Shown: piece after piece, positions 39,201 to 48,244 of the stretch
Position numbering within the stretch: position 1 is the stretch's first letter
How the letters are laid out: every line of letters starts with the position of its first letter
IMG/VR virus record: IMGVR_UViG_3300033153_009397
Location: 16,004 to 80,003 of that record
Source: a virus
Length of the DNA: 64,000 nucleotides
Strand: one strand, 5' to 3'
Position numbers and translations under genes: made by a program
Notes under the pieces: generated by a model
What the model was told of the DNA's origin: nothing
The model's input: the letters and a program-made list of their open reading frames with translations, nothing else
Database searches by the model: none

Positions 39201-39785
39201 TCCTATTCCTTTTTTGTTTCGTTTATTCTTTGGTAAAGGAGAGTTCTTGGCATTAAGCATAAAGAAACCTTTACATCTGCTACTACATCTATGTATCTTC
39301 CCCATTCTGGCATATTTTTTCTGTTGAATACATTCTTCTAATATTCCTTTTTCTCCCCATAATATATCTATAAAGTCTGCCTTATCTACCTCTTTATGAT
39401 ATCTTTGTACTCTATACATTCCTTGTCCAGTAATGTATGATGTCCACTTGTATTCTGGATGTTCTTTATCCCATTCATTCCAGAAGTGTATGGCTGCTCG
39501 TAGTTTTAATTCCCTTATTTGATTAACTGTATATTCTTCTTCGATGTATGGAGTTAATATTTCTACATCTGTATCTATTACAAAATCAGTATGACCATGT
39601 CCTTCTAAGGTTCTAAACAATGGCTTGTTGGTATTTATGCCGTATCTATCGAAGATATCTTGCCATTGATATATCTCTTCTCCTCCTTCCTCTTTTCTTC
39701 TTCCCATCGATATAGCTTTAGCACCATCTAATAGCCTAAGCACAACATCATTGATTTGTTGTAGTTTATTTTCTACCTCGGTCAT
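36237..39785 (-). CDS. Primase-helicase fusion (AEP catalytic domain, PriL-like Fe-S domain, SF2-like helicase)
   Basis: IDTD and YRLPYT (AEP-like); PPCI...HWMR...PPHCDKM...C (PriL-like); KTTRAGFTT, FMDEIS, TDAT, QTIGR (helicase). Confidence 0.75.
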   Translation of the reverse strand: MTEVENKLQQINDVVLRLLDGAKAISMGRRKEEGGEEIYQWQDIFDRYGINTNKPLFRTLEGHGHTDFVIDTDVEILTPYIEEEYTVNQIRELKLRAAIHFWNEWDKEHPEYKWTSYITGQGMYRVQRYHKEVDKADFIDILWGEKGILEECIQQKKYARMGKIHRCSSRCKGFFMLNAKNSPLPKNKRNKKGIGKIIELDNIKYLIIIDTSLYKRGRHVYRLPYTVYTKLSYETFYCVPVEYDNGEMNATRTILYSKYKYLKIKPLYYKEFQFEDIIKEVMHETAKIVVRRPYQGKGHAEYEVMVPEPNTILTDEQKALLQEMTNLVNRTDPFDTPPCIRNAWINRRDHWMRMILVRYLGAMRYDDFGGKGYTPDECALFIRFVVNDEEDNTPQNKDKIQLVAWTYGNPDQPDMPPHCDKMQDKKSEFYCCTPKDAAKCRRSYCMFPKPKSVVTVEKEKFASSEHEFEVITSLVSELVRNPTTNFEAIKTTRAGFTTSLIRAATFHGKRMLVVTPTNRIAREVFVDAMRLIYDIYGESIEGAVLSANMKACLKLRFTLMDLEKKKKENPNWGEEGVQWKNMMFQSKPSCAVAQSGSSEYRYCEYYEEVFEYPHREGEYPIPIIVSEHDHALYQIGEKVGKCAYRTIMERIMDYDIVFITYDKLTSLLSNVEKEAQEFVSVLYNSFDIVFMDEISKLVQASPLEITVYEQNEVGEKFFDYTYELSQDVARLIEKYNNQTINKIVELADEFINKFDPFIRRAALNGIFEKSTTYKIGNFLSPSELSNYKENFFSYYAMISKYAKDFNIHLNSLERMLVLLQNESWWMQSTPTPDKPASVVFTTTPKIDMTKQFVKMTVEHFKNQIIVTDATMPLAKISDVFGVDFKRFVIGDPRKTCDNQLVICGVRNVSAKQLNKHPNSQKHIEDLIKFVNMVCEAHGTENVMLVLPNKRFIYRLIQTLKRQKHLPYNLEVTWYRSDKTVGVGSKKRIMIAACPPAPPKGSHLWLARYYHEEELFQDLNAFELSDMLEKMNMHQTFYQTIGRVKDPSAKEQSLVYCWGISYNKVMEIIQMDEDVPIPHIAKMREYRGISSRGMNKEFIKIGKAWLRFGALLDDRFVRFVKYFEKHEQLTENRAKKELYLGRDFLGELRAIPNLLSHFGITWHKNTDGELIFKRLVSDPNYYI

Positions 39786-39980
39786 GCAGTTTCACATTTG
39801 TTTTTTGACATTTAAATATTTTCATTGAGAGTATCGGAATATTTAAATGTGATAAAAGTATTAGTTTCTTAATGAAAACCAGAAAACAATATCAAGATGA
39901 ACTTTTAGAGCATAAAGAAATGTGGATAATGAGGGGGGGTTTATATTGATGCTTCTCGTGTACAAGAATGTTTTACACAT

Positions 39981-40355
39981 ATGATAATTACCCTCTCATT
40001 TAAAATATCATATGATATTGCGGAACATTTATCGTTTGTAAATGATATGTTTGAATATAAAGGAGAAGAAAAAGGACACGAATATATTTCTTATCTATAT
40101 AGTAGATGTGATATAGGAAAAGTACTATGTGCTGAAGTTAGTAGACAGTTTGGTGAGGCTAAGGTTAATATAAAAATAAAATTGTCACCCAGATTTTATG
40201 AGATTTATAAATTATTTTATTATTTTTGGTTAAAACCCGATGAGGAATATCAACGAGAATATAAGTATTCACTAAATCCAGTTTGTAAGAACTCCCTCCA
40301 CAAGCATATGGAAAGAAAAGTAAAAAAACTTTTCAGTTCCGATAAAAACATTTAA
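39981..40355 (+). CDS. Hypothetical protein
   Basis: 124 aa ORF upstream of the Ro60 locus. Confidence 0.55.
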   Translation: MIITLSFKISYDIAEHLSFVNDMFEYKGEEKGHEYISYLYSRCDIGKVLCAEVSRQFGEAKVNIKIKLSPRFYEIYKLFYYFWLKPDEEYQREYKYSLNPVCKNSLHKHMERKVKKLFSSDKNI

Positions 40356-40377
40356 AAATGATAGGGATAATATTAAT

Positions 40378-40454
40378 TTGCAAAGTGCAGAGGATGGTTA
40401 CTTCGTAACTGACATGTGAAATTGCCCATCCTCAATTATCTTGCAACTGTTTTT
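40378..40454 (+). ncRNA. Y-RNA-like ncRNA 1
   Basis: TATA at 40351. TTGCAA/TTGCAA outer stem, GAGGATGG/CCATCCTC inner stem, AGTGCAG and GGTTACTTCGT motifs, U-tract. Lies directly upstream of Ro60. Confidence 0.75.
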
Positions 40455-40480
40455 ATAACAATTTGCAAGGAGGAAAAAAA

Positions 40481-42076
40481 ATGAAATATAATGAAAAAAC
40501 AGAAGGAAAGAGTAGAGAAATAAACTATATGGGAACAAATGCATATAGGTTAGATAATAGAACTCGATTATTGAACATTGTAGGAACTACATTTGTAGCA
40601 GAGCCTACATATTATGAGTTGGATGATGTAAAAGAAATCATAGAGATGTGCCAGAAAGATAAGAGTGAATTTATTCTACAGTTAGCGGCATATGCCAGAA
40701 ATGAGCTTTATCTACGTAGTGCTCCTACATTGTTACTGGTTATTGCAGCAAATATAAATGAGACTAAGCCATTAGTTCGTAAGTATGCTACTAAGATTAT
40801 TAAAAGAGTAGACCAAATGACTGAGGCATTAGCAATGCAGTTAGCATTGTTTGGCAAACCCATTCCTAACTCATTAAAGAAAGCCATCGCTAGTGCCTTT
40901 ATTACTTTTGATGAATATCAGTTAGGTAAGTATAGAGCTGAGGGAAAGAAGGTTACTCTCAAGGATGTAGTTAAACTATGTCATCCAGCGGCTTACAAGA
41001 AAGAGGGCTTAGACTTAGCCAAGAAAATTATTGATGAAACACTTGCTACTCCTTATACATGGGAAACAGAGATGTCTACTAAGCCTAATGAAGATAGAGG
41101 CAAACTTTGGGATGAATTAATATCATCTAATAGACTTGGATATATGGCAACCTTGAGAAATTTGCGTAATATGATTAAATATAGAGTTACCAAGATTTCA
41201 GAGGTAGCAAATTATATTAGTAATGAAAAGGCAGTCGCTCATTCTAAACAATTTCCTCATAGGTATTTGAGTGCTCACCAGATGTTAAAAGAGTATCTCG
41301 AAAAGAAAGAAGAAGGAATTGTATTTGAGAAGGATGAACTTCCTATTGAAAAAATAGAAACTTTATTAGCAGCCATCAATAAAGCCACCGTCATTGCAGC
41401 GAATAAAAATATTCCTAAACTTCAAGGAAAGACTGCTATATTAGTTGACAATTCTGGTTCAGCTAGAGGAGATAGCGGGGGACAATCCAAGATTAGTCAT
41501 AAATCTATTAGAACCATGGCAGACGTTGGTAACCTCTTGGGATTATTGTTCTGGTATGTATCAGATGATACTTACTTTGCTGTATTTGGAGATAAATTAC
41601 TTCAAGTAGACCTCGATAGACATGCTCCTTTCTTGGACAACTTTGAAGCTGTCAATGAATTGGGTAATAAGGCTGGAAAATGTACTGAACAAGGAGTATT
41701 TACTTTCTTGAAGAATATCATTCATGATAAGGTTCATGTTGATAGATTGATTGTTTGTTCAGACCTACAGATAGGGGATGGTCGTAATTATGCCTATGGT
41801 CTTGATAGGTTTGAGACCAACATTGAAACAGTTCCTAAGCTCGTGCAGAAATACAGAGAAGAAGTTAATCCAGACTTTATGTATTATTCTGTCTGCTTCA
41901 AGGGATATGGTAATGATGTAGTCATGGGTGAGAAGAAGGTTCTTATCAGCGGTTTCAGTGAAGGTATACTCAAGTTTATTCCATTCTATGAAAAAGATAA
42001 GACTACTCAAATCAAGTATATCAAAGAGAACTTTGGTTTAGATGTTGAAAAGGTTGAGGTCAATAAAAACGTTTAA
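40481..42076 (+). CDS. rsr: Ro60/Rsr-like RNA-binding protein (TROVE plus vWA domains)
   Basis: YARNELYLRSAP, IPNSLKK, FDEYQLGKY, LKDVVKLCHP, PYTWETE, LGYMATLRNLRN, SKQFPHRYLSA; MIDAS VDNSGS; SDLQ; ISGFSE. ATG 40481 follows AGGAGG. Confidence 0.93.
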   Translation: MKYNEKTEGKSREINYMGTNAYRLDNRTRLLNIVGTTFVAEPTYYELDDVKEIIEMCQKDKSEFILQLAAYARNELYLRSAPTLLLVIAANINETKPLVRKYATKIIKRVDQMTEALAMQLALFGKPIPNSLKKAIASAFITFDEYQLGKYRAEGKKVTLKDVVKLCHPAAYKKEGLDLAKKIIDETLATPYTWETEMSTKPNEDRGKLWDELISSNRLGYMATLRNLRNMIKYRVTKISEVANYISNEKAVAHSKQFPHRYLSAHQMLKEYLEKKEEGIVFEKDELPIEKIETLLAAINKATVIAANKNIPKLQGKTAILVDNSGSARGDSGGQSKISHKSIRTMADVGNLLGLLFWYVSDDTYFAVFGDKLLQVDLDRHAPFLDNFEAVNELGNKAGKCTEQGVFTFLKNIIHDKVHVDRLIVCSDLQIGDGRNYAYGLDRFETNIETVPKLVQKYREEVNPDFMYYSVCFKGYGNDVVMGEKKVLISGFSEGILKFIPFYEKDKTTQIKYIKENFGLDVEKVEVNKNV

Positions 42077-42100
42077 ATATGATGTATTGTATATTATTTT

Positions 42101-42191
42101 AGGCAGTGTAGAAAACGGTTACTTCGTTAAGACGACACTAACTAATGCCGAAAGGCAGTTCCCGTTTTCGACTTACCTCCAACTTACTTTT
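42101..42191 (+). ncRNA. Y-RNA-like ncRNA 2
   Basis: TATA at 42072. AGG/CCT outer stem, GAAAACGG/CCGTTTTC stem, AGTGTAG and GGTTACTTCGT motifs, TGCC-GAAA-GGCA GNRA hairpin. Confidence 0.75.
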
Positions 42192-42236
42192 CTCATAGAG
42201 ATAAAGTGAAAAGATAAAGTGAAAGATGTGATAAAT

Positions 42237-43757
42237 ATGAGTTTAATGAACAAGAAACTAGAAACTGTCGAATTTGACGATTTTTTAGAGGCTGTTAAAG
42301 CTCAAGTCAATGTTAGAACAGATAAGCAAAGGATAGTTGATTCCTTTGCTGAAGGAAAATACGAAGAGAACCTCATTAGTATATGCGAAGCAGTCTATAA
42401 TGAGAGTACATATAAGAAGGGTACTTTGCGAGGAGGAGTAAATGGGGTAATCCGTAGACTAACTCAGTCAGCCTACGACGCCAATAGTGCTGAAAGGCTG
42501 TCGGAGCGAATTAAAAAAGGGGAAGTTATCACGAAAAGAGGAGTAATTCTTGGATGTTTAGACCGAGAGATACAACGCAATGATGGTAGTGGTAGCTTTA
42601 TGAAAGCTTTTTGCCCTCTTATTGAGGAGGACGGAAAAATAACAGAGGTTACTTATATCACCAAGATAGGCGGAGAAAGACGAGGAAAGGCTACTCCATA
42701 TTTATGTGTAGCAGATTACTATGTCGATGAAGACAGCTATTTTAATGCTCGATTAGGTATAGAGCTTCCAGATAATAAGATAGTTAACTATGATAATGTA
42801 GCAGAGAAGGAAGTTGATATTATGAAAATAATTGATACTGCCAAGAAAGCGGGTCTTTGTCATGATGCGAAAAGTCTGGTAGAAGGGTTAAATAATGGGA
42901 GCATAAAGAACTATAGCTGGTTGTGGTTTGAAGGCATTGTTAATAATATAAGACCTACGCCAGTATTTTCAAATGGTGTAAAGACTGATGAACTAAGGTT
43001 CCTCATGATACCAACCAGAACTGAACAATACTGCTATACATTTCAAACCAAGTCTCGAGGAGTTAAACTTCCAACTCCACAATGGAACTATGATGAAAAC
43101 GGGAATAAAACAGACCCAGTTGTCGACCCAGAAACTGGTGAACAGTTAATAGAAGATAATAAATATTATCCTACTGTCAGACTTAATCCAGTTCAAATAG
43201 TTCAAACATATGTTGACTGGGGTAACATCAATGATTGGGTACTTGACCTTCTTGATGGGGAAGCGATTAGTCCAGAGATACAAATACAATCTCTTGCTGA
43301 CCAAGTACTAGGTAGAAAATTCTATGCTCTTACAAAACTTGGTAAAGTTTCTAAATCAATTGTAGAAGTCAGAGGAGACGGTGTTCCAGAAGGAACATTG
43401 GAAACTATTTACTTCATTAATCTTAATGCTGTAGCCTTTGTTCTTACTGATGAAACTGTAGGTTGGGAATCTTTAGATGAAGAAGATAAGAAGGTAGAAA
43501 CCAAAGCTGAAAAAGTAGATGATAGTGATAGTAAAGAGCCAGAGATTAAACCCGAACCCAAGAAAGCCCCAGTTAAGAAAGCCCCAGTTAAGAAAGCTGA
43601 TTGGAGAAAGAAGCTAGAAATGGATGTTGAGGCATACCTTGAAGTCCTTCCAGACGCCACCTTTGATGATATGAAAGGAGACAATCTCTTTATTGATTAT
43701 AGTCATATACCAGATGCAGCTCTTAAGAAGGCAGTCGAACAGATTAAAGGAGGATAA
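42237..43757 (+). CDS. Putative ssDNA-binding/replication protein
   Basis: Large beta-rich acidic protein with a low-complexity linker, directly upstream of a recombination-type ATPase. Function inferred from context only. Confidence 0.45.
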   Translation: MSLMNKKLETVEFDDFLEAVKAQVNVRTDKQRIVDSFAEGKYEENLISICEAVYNESTYKKGTLRGGVNGVIRRLTQSAYDANSAERLSERIKKGEVITKRGVILGCLDREIQRNDGSGSFMKAFCPLIEEDGKITEVTYITKIGGERRGKATPYLCVADYYVDEDSYFNARLGIELPDNKIVNYDNVAEKEVDIMKIIDTAKKAGLCHDAKSLVEGLNNGSIKNYSWLWFEGIVNNIRPTPVFSNGVKTDELRFLMIPTRTEQYCYTFQTKSRGVKLPTPQWNYDENGNKTDPVVDPETGEQLIEDNKYYPTVRLNPVQIVQTYVDWGNINDWVLDLLDGEAISPEIQIQSLADQVLGRKFYALTKLGKVSKSIVEVRGDGVPEGTLETIYFINLNAVAFVLTDETVGWESLDEEDKKVETKAEKVDDSDSKEPEIKPEPKKAPVKKAPVKKADWRKKLEMDVEAYLEVLPDATFDDMKGDNLFIDYSHIPDAALKKAVEQIKGG

Positions 43758-43759
43758 CT

Positions 43760-44578
43760 TTGATGTCAACTGAGAATGAAATAAAACTAAAAGGAACAGC
43801 CACACAGCAGTTATCTACGCTGAATGCTTGTGCCTTTGGAGGAACTAACGTTGGAAAAACCTATTTCCTTCTTTCTTATGTTCGTTCTCAGAAAAAAAGA
43901 ATGGTATTTATCAACGCCGATGTCGAAGAAAATTTCGTAAGAAATTATAATCCTCTTGAGTCAGAACAAAAAAGGAGAATTATTCAACCTCATAAAGCCA
44001 ATGTTTCTGGGATACAGATGGGAGATGTTCCTTCTATCAGAAAGATAGTAAAAGAGATACGTGAAGGACCTATTCAAGCCCTCATTCAAAGTGGACAGAT
44101 AGAACTTATTGCAGTAGATAGTATAGATACTATAATGAACGTCTATGAGGATTGGCATTTTACTGCTAAAGGGGTAGAAAATCCTACTCCTTTTGATTAT
44201 GGTAGAGCTAGAGATATTTTCGAAAGAGAATTTCTTCTTCCGTTACTTCGTCAACCATGCCACTTTTTGTGTACCAGCAATTTCAAAGTAGTTTATCCTA
44301 CTCCACAAACACAGTTTTCTAAGCCTATAATGGTTCGAGTTGGTGGAAGAATGCTACCAGCTCATCAACCCAAAGTTCCAGCTAGGTTCTGGAAGCACTT
44401 TACTACTATCTTCGAGCTTCGTCAAGCTAATCCTTTCGAAATAAGAGATGTAGAGGCATTCTTTATTAAGTCTAAAGAACAGTCTGGCTTATATCATTAT
44501 CGTATGCTTCCTAAAGCAGACAAGAAAGGTCTGGTTTTTGCAGATTACTTAGCTTATATAAAGAAGGTTTTTGAATGA
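43760..44578 (+). CDS. P-loop ATPase (AAA_24/Sak4/RecA-like)
   Basis: Walker A GGTNVGKT; Walker B IAVDS; DYG motif. Confidence 0.8.
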   Translation: MMSTENEIKLKGTATQQLSTLNACAFGGTNVGKTYFLLSYVRSQKKRMVFINADVEENFVRNYNPLESEQKRRIIQPHKANVSGIQMGDVPSIRKIVKEIREGPIQALIQSGQIELIAVDSIDTIMNVYEDWHFTAKGVENPTPFDYGRARDIFEREFLLPLLRQPCHFLCTSNFKVVYPTPQTQFSKPIMVRVGGRMLPAHQPKVPARFWKHFTTIFELRQANPFEIRDVEAFFIKSKEQSGLYHYRMLPKADKKGLVFADYLAYIKKVFE

Positions 44579-44892
44579 CTGTTTTTTTATCAGAACTTCC
44601 CCCCCAAAAGCAGTTTGCTGTAATGAAATTGTTTATGGAGGGGGAAATTCCTCTTTTTAAGGGTGAAGAAGTTATTTTACCAGATATGATTTCAGCCCGT
44701 TATGTTTGTGCTGATTGTGGAAAGTTTGTTATTCCTACTTTTTATTTAGATGATATTGTTAGTATAGCAAAACGGGTTAAATGCCCTCATTGTTCTGGTA
44801 ATATGAGCTTGTATCTTATGGGTACTGAACTTCAACAAGAAGTTAAAAGAATAAGAAAAGGTATTCAACGTAAGATTTATGATTTCTTTTGA
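44575..44892 (+). CDS. Zn-ribbon protein
   Basis: CADCG...CPHCS. Confidence 0.7.
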   Translation: MTVFLSELPPQKQFAVMKLFMEGEIPLFKGEEVILPDMISARYVCADCGKFVIPTFYLDDIVSIAKRVKCPHCSGNMSLYLMGTELQQEVKRIRKGIQRKIYDFF

Positions 44893-45686
44893 AGTCTCAT
44901 CTTTGCTTCTCTTCTTTCTTTTTCTGTGAGTGCAAAGATAACTTTTTTGGTTTTACTCTTTCTAATAAGTGGTTTCTTTAGAAATGGAAATATAATAAAG
45001 ATGACCATTAATATTATTCCTATTCCAATCATAACAAAAAAGGTTTTGTTATTTTGAATGAAGGAAACAAAGTTTTCTGAGCCAAAAAATCTGTTAGCAA
45101 TTAAAATTACTAACATGGTAATGTTATAAGCAGTCACGGCAGATTTAATAAAGTCATTAATAATTTTTTTGAAGATTTCACTATTTTTTTCTTGTCTAAA
45201 TATCCAATCTCTTACTTCTGCTCTGAATTCTGTTGCCATTTTTATTTCTGCTAACTGGTCTCTTCTGTAGATTACTTGATTTTCTTCTACTCTGCTTACT
45301 CTATTCTGTAAAATAGTTTCTGATTGTTTTTTAATATAGTTTTCTACTTGTTGTAAAAGGTTAGGTAATCTTAAAGGCTTAGGAAGAATAGACCTAGCTC
45401 CAGCAGCAATGGCTTCTTCTTTTCTTGAAGAAGCATGACCAGTAATAGTGACTATCTCAGCATCGGGGTTAATCTTTATTATCTCTCTTGTAGCTTCTAC
45501 TCCATCCATAATAGGCATATGTATATCCATCAGCACGATGAAGGGGTCGTATTTTTTGTACATATCTATAGCTTCTGAACCGTTAGTAGCTCTGATAATC
45601 TTATAGTCTTTTAGATAATCTTCTACAATGTCCAGTAGTTCAGTGTCGTCATCGACGACTAATATAATAGGATTTTCAGAAGCCAT
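44877..45686 (-). CDS. CheY-like receiver domain fused to a coiled coil and two TM helices
   Basis: ILVVDDD, LMDIHMPIMDG, TITG, LPKPL; two C-terminal hydrophobic helices and a basic tail. Confidence 0.85.
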   Translation of the reverse strand: MASENPIILVVDDDTELLDIVEDYLKDYKIIRATNGSEAIDMYKKYDPFIVLMDIHMPIMDGVEATREIIKINPDAEIVTITGHASSRKEEAIAAGARSILPKPLRLPNLLQQVENYIKKQSETILQNRVSRVEENQVIYRRDQLAEIKMATEFRAEVRDWIFRQEKNSEIFKKIINDFIKSAVTAYNITMLVILIANRFFGSENFVSFIQNNKTFFVMIGIGIILMVIFIIFPFLKKPLIRKSKTKKVIFALTEKERREAKMRLQKKS

Positions 45687-45708
45687 CTATATCTGTCCGT
45701 TAGTGCTG

Positions 45709-46008
45709 TTATTTTGCAAGTTCTGGAGGTTCTTCTATAATTTCCTCTTCTGATTCTTCTTCTATAAGTTCTTCATCTGGCTTGACAATGATTGCCTTGA
45801 TAAAGTTCATACATAACATGAGTAATCTTTCCGCTTCTTCTGGGTCAATCTTTCCGTCTGCCATATCTTTTCCGAGCTCTTTAATAAGGGCAAGAAAAAT
45901 TCTGGCTAATGCTGGAAAGTTTTTTTTGTTCCAGAAATGGTACACAGCGTATAAAACAGCTATTGTAGCTACTGTTATTGTTACATAATCAAATGGTCTT
46001 AATATCAT
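45709..46008 (-). CDS. Small membrane protein (holin-like)
   Basis: N-terminal TM helix, DGKIDPEE, acidic tail. Confidence 0.45.
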   Translation of the reverse strand: MILRPFDYVTITVATIAVLYAVYHFWNKKNFPALARIFLALIKELGKDMADGKIDPEEAERLLMLCMNFIKAIIVKPDEELIEEESEEEIIEEPPELAK

Positions 46009-46038
46009 ATTTAAAAAAATGTTAGGGAATATAAAAGT

Positions 46039-46965
46039 TTATTCTATGGAAATTTTTGGTAGTTCCTCCAGCTCTACAGTGCCATAACTAAACTCTGGGC
46101 AATCTTGTACTCTATCACATACAATACATAATCCCTTTATTCCTACTTCTTTGTTTCCATGATTGTAAGCAAGATTTCTTGGGTTGTTGTGTATCTTCCA
46201 AGCTTTGAGCCACTTGTTTAAGTCAACGTTATATTTCTTAAGCTCATATTTATATCCTCCAAAGATGGCACAAAGTGTTACGGGCTTACCTTCATCATGC
46301 CAATATGGTGCTTCATTAAATATTCCCATGTCAGCCATGTCTTTATATAATTGGTGGTTAGTAAACTCCCAATAGTAGCCACTTAGTTGAATAGAATGAC
46401 TGAGGAGACCTCGTTTGCTGGTTTTCCAGTCCAGAATAACTGTTCTCCACCCTTTTTGGGTTTTCCATTTAGCTATACAATCTATTGTTCCAACGATACT
46501 TTTATTTTCATCTATTGTTCCATCTGGATTTCTTTTTATAATTACCATCCTTTTTTCTAAGAATAGTGGTACGAAATTATTTTTATTATCACTATAGAAC
46601 TGCATAAAGTTCTCAAAACAGTGGTCTATTGACTTAACGAAGTACTTGTATCTCGTAGGACTTTTTCGGAGCTTTGTGAATAGTTTCTGTTGATGTAAAT
46701 CCAGTTTTAAAACGGGTTTAGGTATGTCCATTATGGCTGCCATATATCCTTCTATTCTATGGTGAGTAATAGTTCCTCTAAGTGCTGCTACGTTGAACCT
46801 CAGAGGCGGACTTAGACCTTCAAGTGAGGGGTCTTTCATCTTTTTTCTGTGTTCCTTATCTAACCTAGCATACATCTCGCATTCATAAGAGTTAGATATC
46901 TCTGTAGTTCTGTTGAGAAGATATTCTCTACCTTTCTCTGTGTATCTATAAGGCAAAATGTTCAC
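46039..46965 (-). CDS. PD-(D/E)xK Cas4/RecB-like exonuclease
   Basis: GTITH, LEKR, GTID, ILDWKT, QLSGY; one N-terminal Cys plus C-terminal CxxC-x5-C. Confidence 0.85.
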   Translation of the reverse strand: MNILPYRYTEKGREYLLNRTTEISNSYECEMYARLDKEHRKKMKDPSLEGLSPPLRFNVAALRGTITHHRIEGYMAAIMDIPKPVLKLDLHQQKLFTKLRKSPTRYKYFVKSIDHCFENFMQFYSDNKNNFVPLFLEKRMVIIKRNPDGTIDENKSIVGTIDCIAKWKTQKGWRTVILDWKTSKRGLLSHSIQLSGYYWEFTNHQLYKDMADMGIFNEAPYWHDEGKPVTLCAIFGGYKYELKKYNVDLNKWLKAWKIHNNPRNLAYNHGNKEVGIKGLCIVCDRVQDCPEFSYGTVELEELPKISIE

Positions 46966-47843
46966 TCTGCTTTTGCGGCTCTGACTTTTGCCATTTTTTC
47001 TTTGTTAATAAGACTAATTTTTTCTCTGGCAGCAAGTACAATAGCTGGATAACCTTCAGCTTCTGCTTGTTTCATTATACTTTTCAAGGCTTTAATACTT
47101 CTACTTCTTTGTATTGATTGATACATAAACTCTCTATTTTCTTCATCTTCATCCTCATCAATTATTGCTTCTTCCATATCTATTACTGATGGTGATGTTG
47201 GTAGTATTTGTTCTGGTGTTTGTATTTGTTTCAGTACATCTTTCACACTGGGATAAGGTCTATTTTCTATCACTGAAGGAGGCATAGTATGGCTTTTTTG
47301 GACTTGAGGAATTGCTACTGAAGGAGGTACTTCATCTCCTTCCTCATTCGTTGTTACTACTGGCATTTTTGGATATTGTATCTTTGAACGAACCAATTTA
47401 TCATCCTCTATTTTGCTAGGAAGAATATCTTTTTCTGTTAAGGGCCGGCCTATTTGCGTCATTTGATGTTGTCGAGCTTTATCTGCTGAAGTAATTGCCT
47501 TTGTCACATCAGCAACTGAAGCATATTCTCTAGGTATTTTAGTAGGTTGTTCCTCTATAGATATTGGTGGTCTTTTTTGTAAATCTAATTTTTGTTCTAT
47601 TTTGATTGAAGCTCTTCGAGTTATTTCTTCTTCTCGCTTCATTCTTTCTGCCTCTTCCAATGTTAGTTGTGTTTGTGTTTTATAGAGGTCCAATTCATAT
47701 TTTCTCATAGGATTTCTTTTACAATTCATTTGAAAACAGATACCTTGAGATAACGGCTCATTTGTCACTGTATGTCTTGCTGGAATATAATTTATGCATT
47801 TTCTGTAAAGTTCACATTGACTCATGTATATCAATACTATCAA
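46962..47843 (-). CDS. Hypothetical low-complexity protein
   Basis: Cys-rich N-terminus, Pro-rich linker. Confidence 0.7.
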   Translation of the reverse strand: MIVLIYMSQCELYRKCINYIPARHTVTNEPLSQGICFQMNCKRNPMRKYELDLYKTQTQLTLEEAERMKREEEITRRASIKIEQKLDLQKRPPISIEEQPTKIPREYASVADVTKAITSADKARQHQMTQIGRPLTEKDILPSKIEDDKLVRSKIQYPKMPVVTTNEEGDEVPPSVAIPQVQKSHTMPPSVIENRPYPSVKDVLKQIQTPEQILPTSPSVIDMEEAIIDEDEDEENREFMYQSIQRSRSIKALKSIMKQAEAEGYPAIVLAAREKISLINKEKMAKVRAAKAE

Positions 47844-47904
47844 ACGTTTTGTTGGTTTTAAACATTTTGGTAGAGAAAAATAAAAAGAAAAAATAGATTA
47901 AATC

Positions 47905-48222
47905 TTATGTTGGAGGTTGTTCTGGTTCGGGTTGAGGGTCCTCTTCGACAATCTTAAACAAAGGATTGCTCAGTAATTCTTTAATAGATGCTTCGAGAGT
48001 ATCTATTCTCTTATTCAAAGTAGTAATATGTTTATCAGTATATCTTTTTGCTTCTTGTATTACTTCTTGCATTACTGGAGCTAGGTCTACTGGTTGAGGC
48101 ATTGCAGCCAGAACTTTTTGTACCATTACATTAGTATCTATGGCTCCGATACCACTTTTTCTAAGTTCTGATATAGATGTTTTTAGATTATCAATATCGA
48201 TTTGTAATTGTGTTTTACCCAT
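47905..48222 (-). CDS. Coiled-coil protein
   Basis: GGTGA RBS. Confidence 0.7.
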   Translation of the reverse strand: MGKTQLQIDIDNLKTSISELRKSGIGAIDTNVMVQKVLAAMPQPVDLAPVMQEVIQEAKRYTDKHITTLNKRIDTLEASIKELLSNPLFKIVEEDPQPEPEQPPT

Positions 48223-48244
48223 TCATTTCACCTTTATATTATTA

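Noticed and set aside
40378-42191. tRNA calls for the RNAs flanking Ro60
   Set aside because: No cloverleaf, no GTTCRA T-loop and no 7-bp acceptor stem.
43556-43597. 15-bp tandem repeat AAGAAAGCCCCAGTT
   Set aside because: It is in frame and encodes a KKAPV linker repeat, which is ordinary.
46039-46965. Cas4 as evidence of a CRISPR-Cas system
   Set aside because: No cas1/cas2 or array is present. Solo Cas4-like nucleases are common viral recombination exonucleases.
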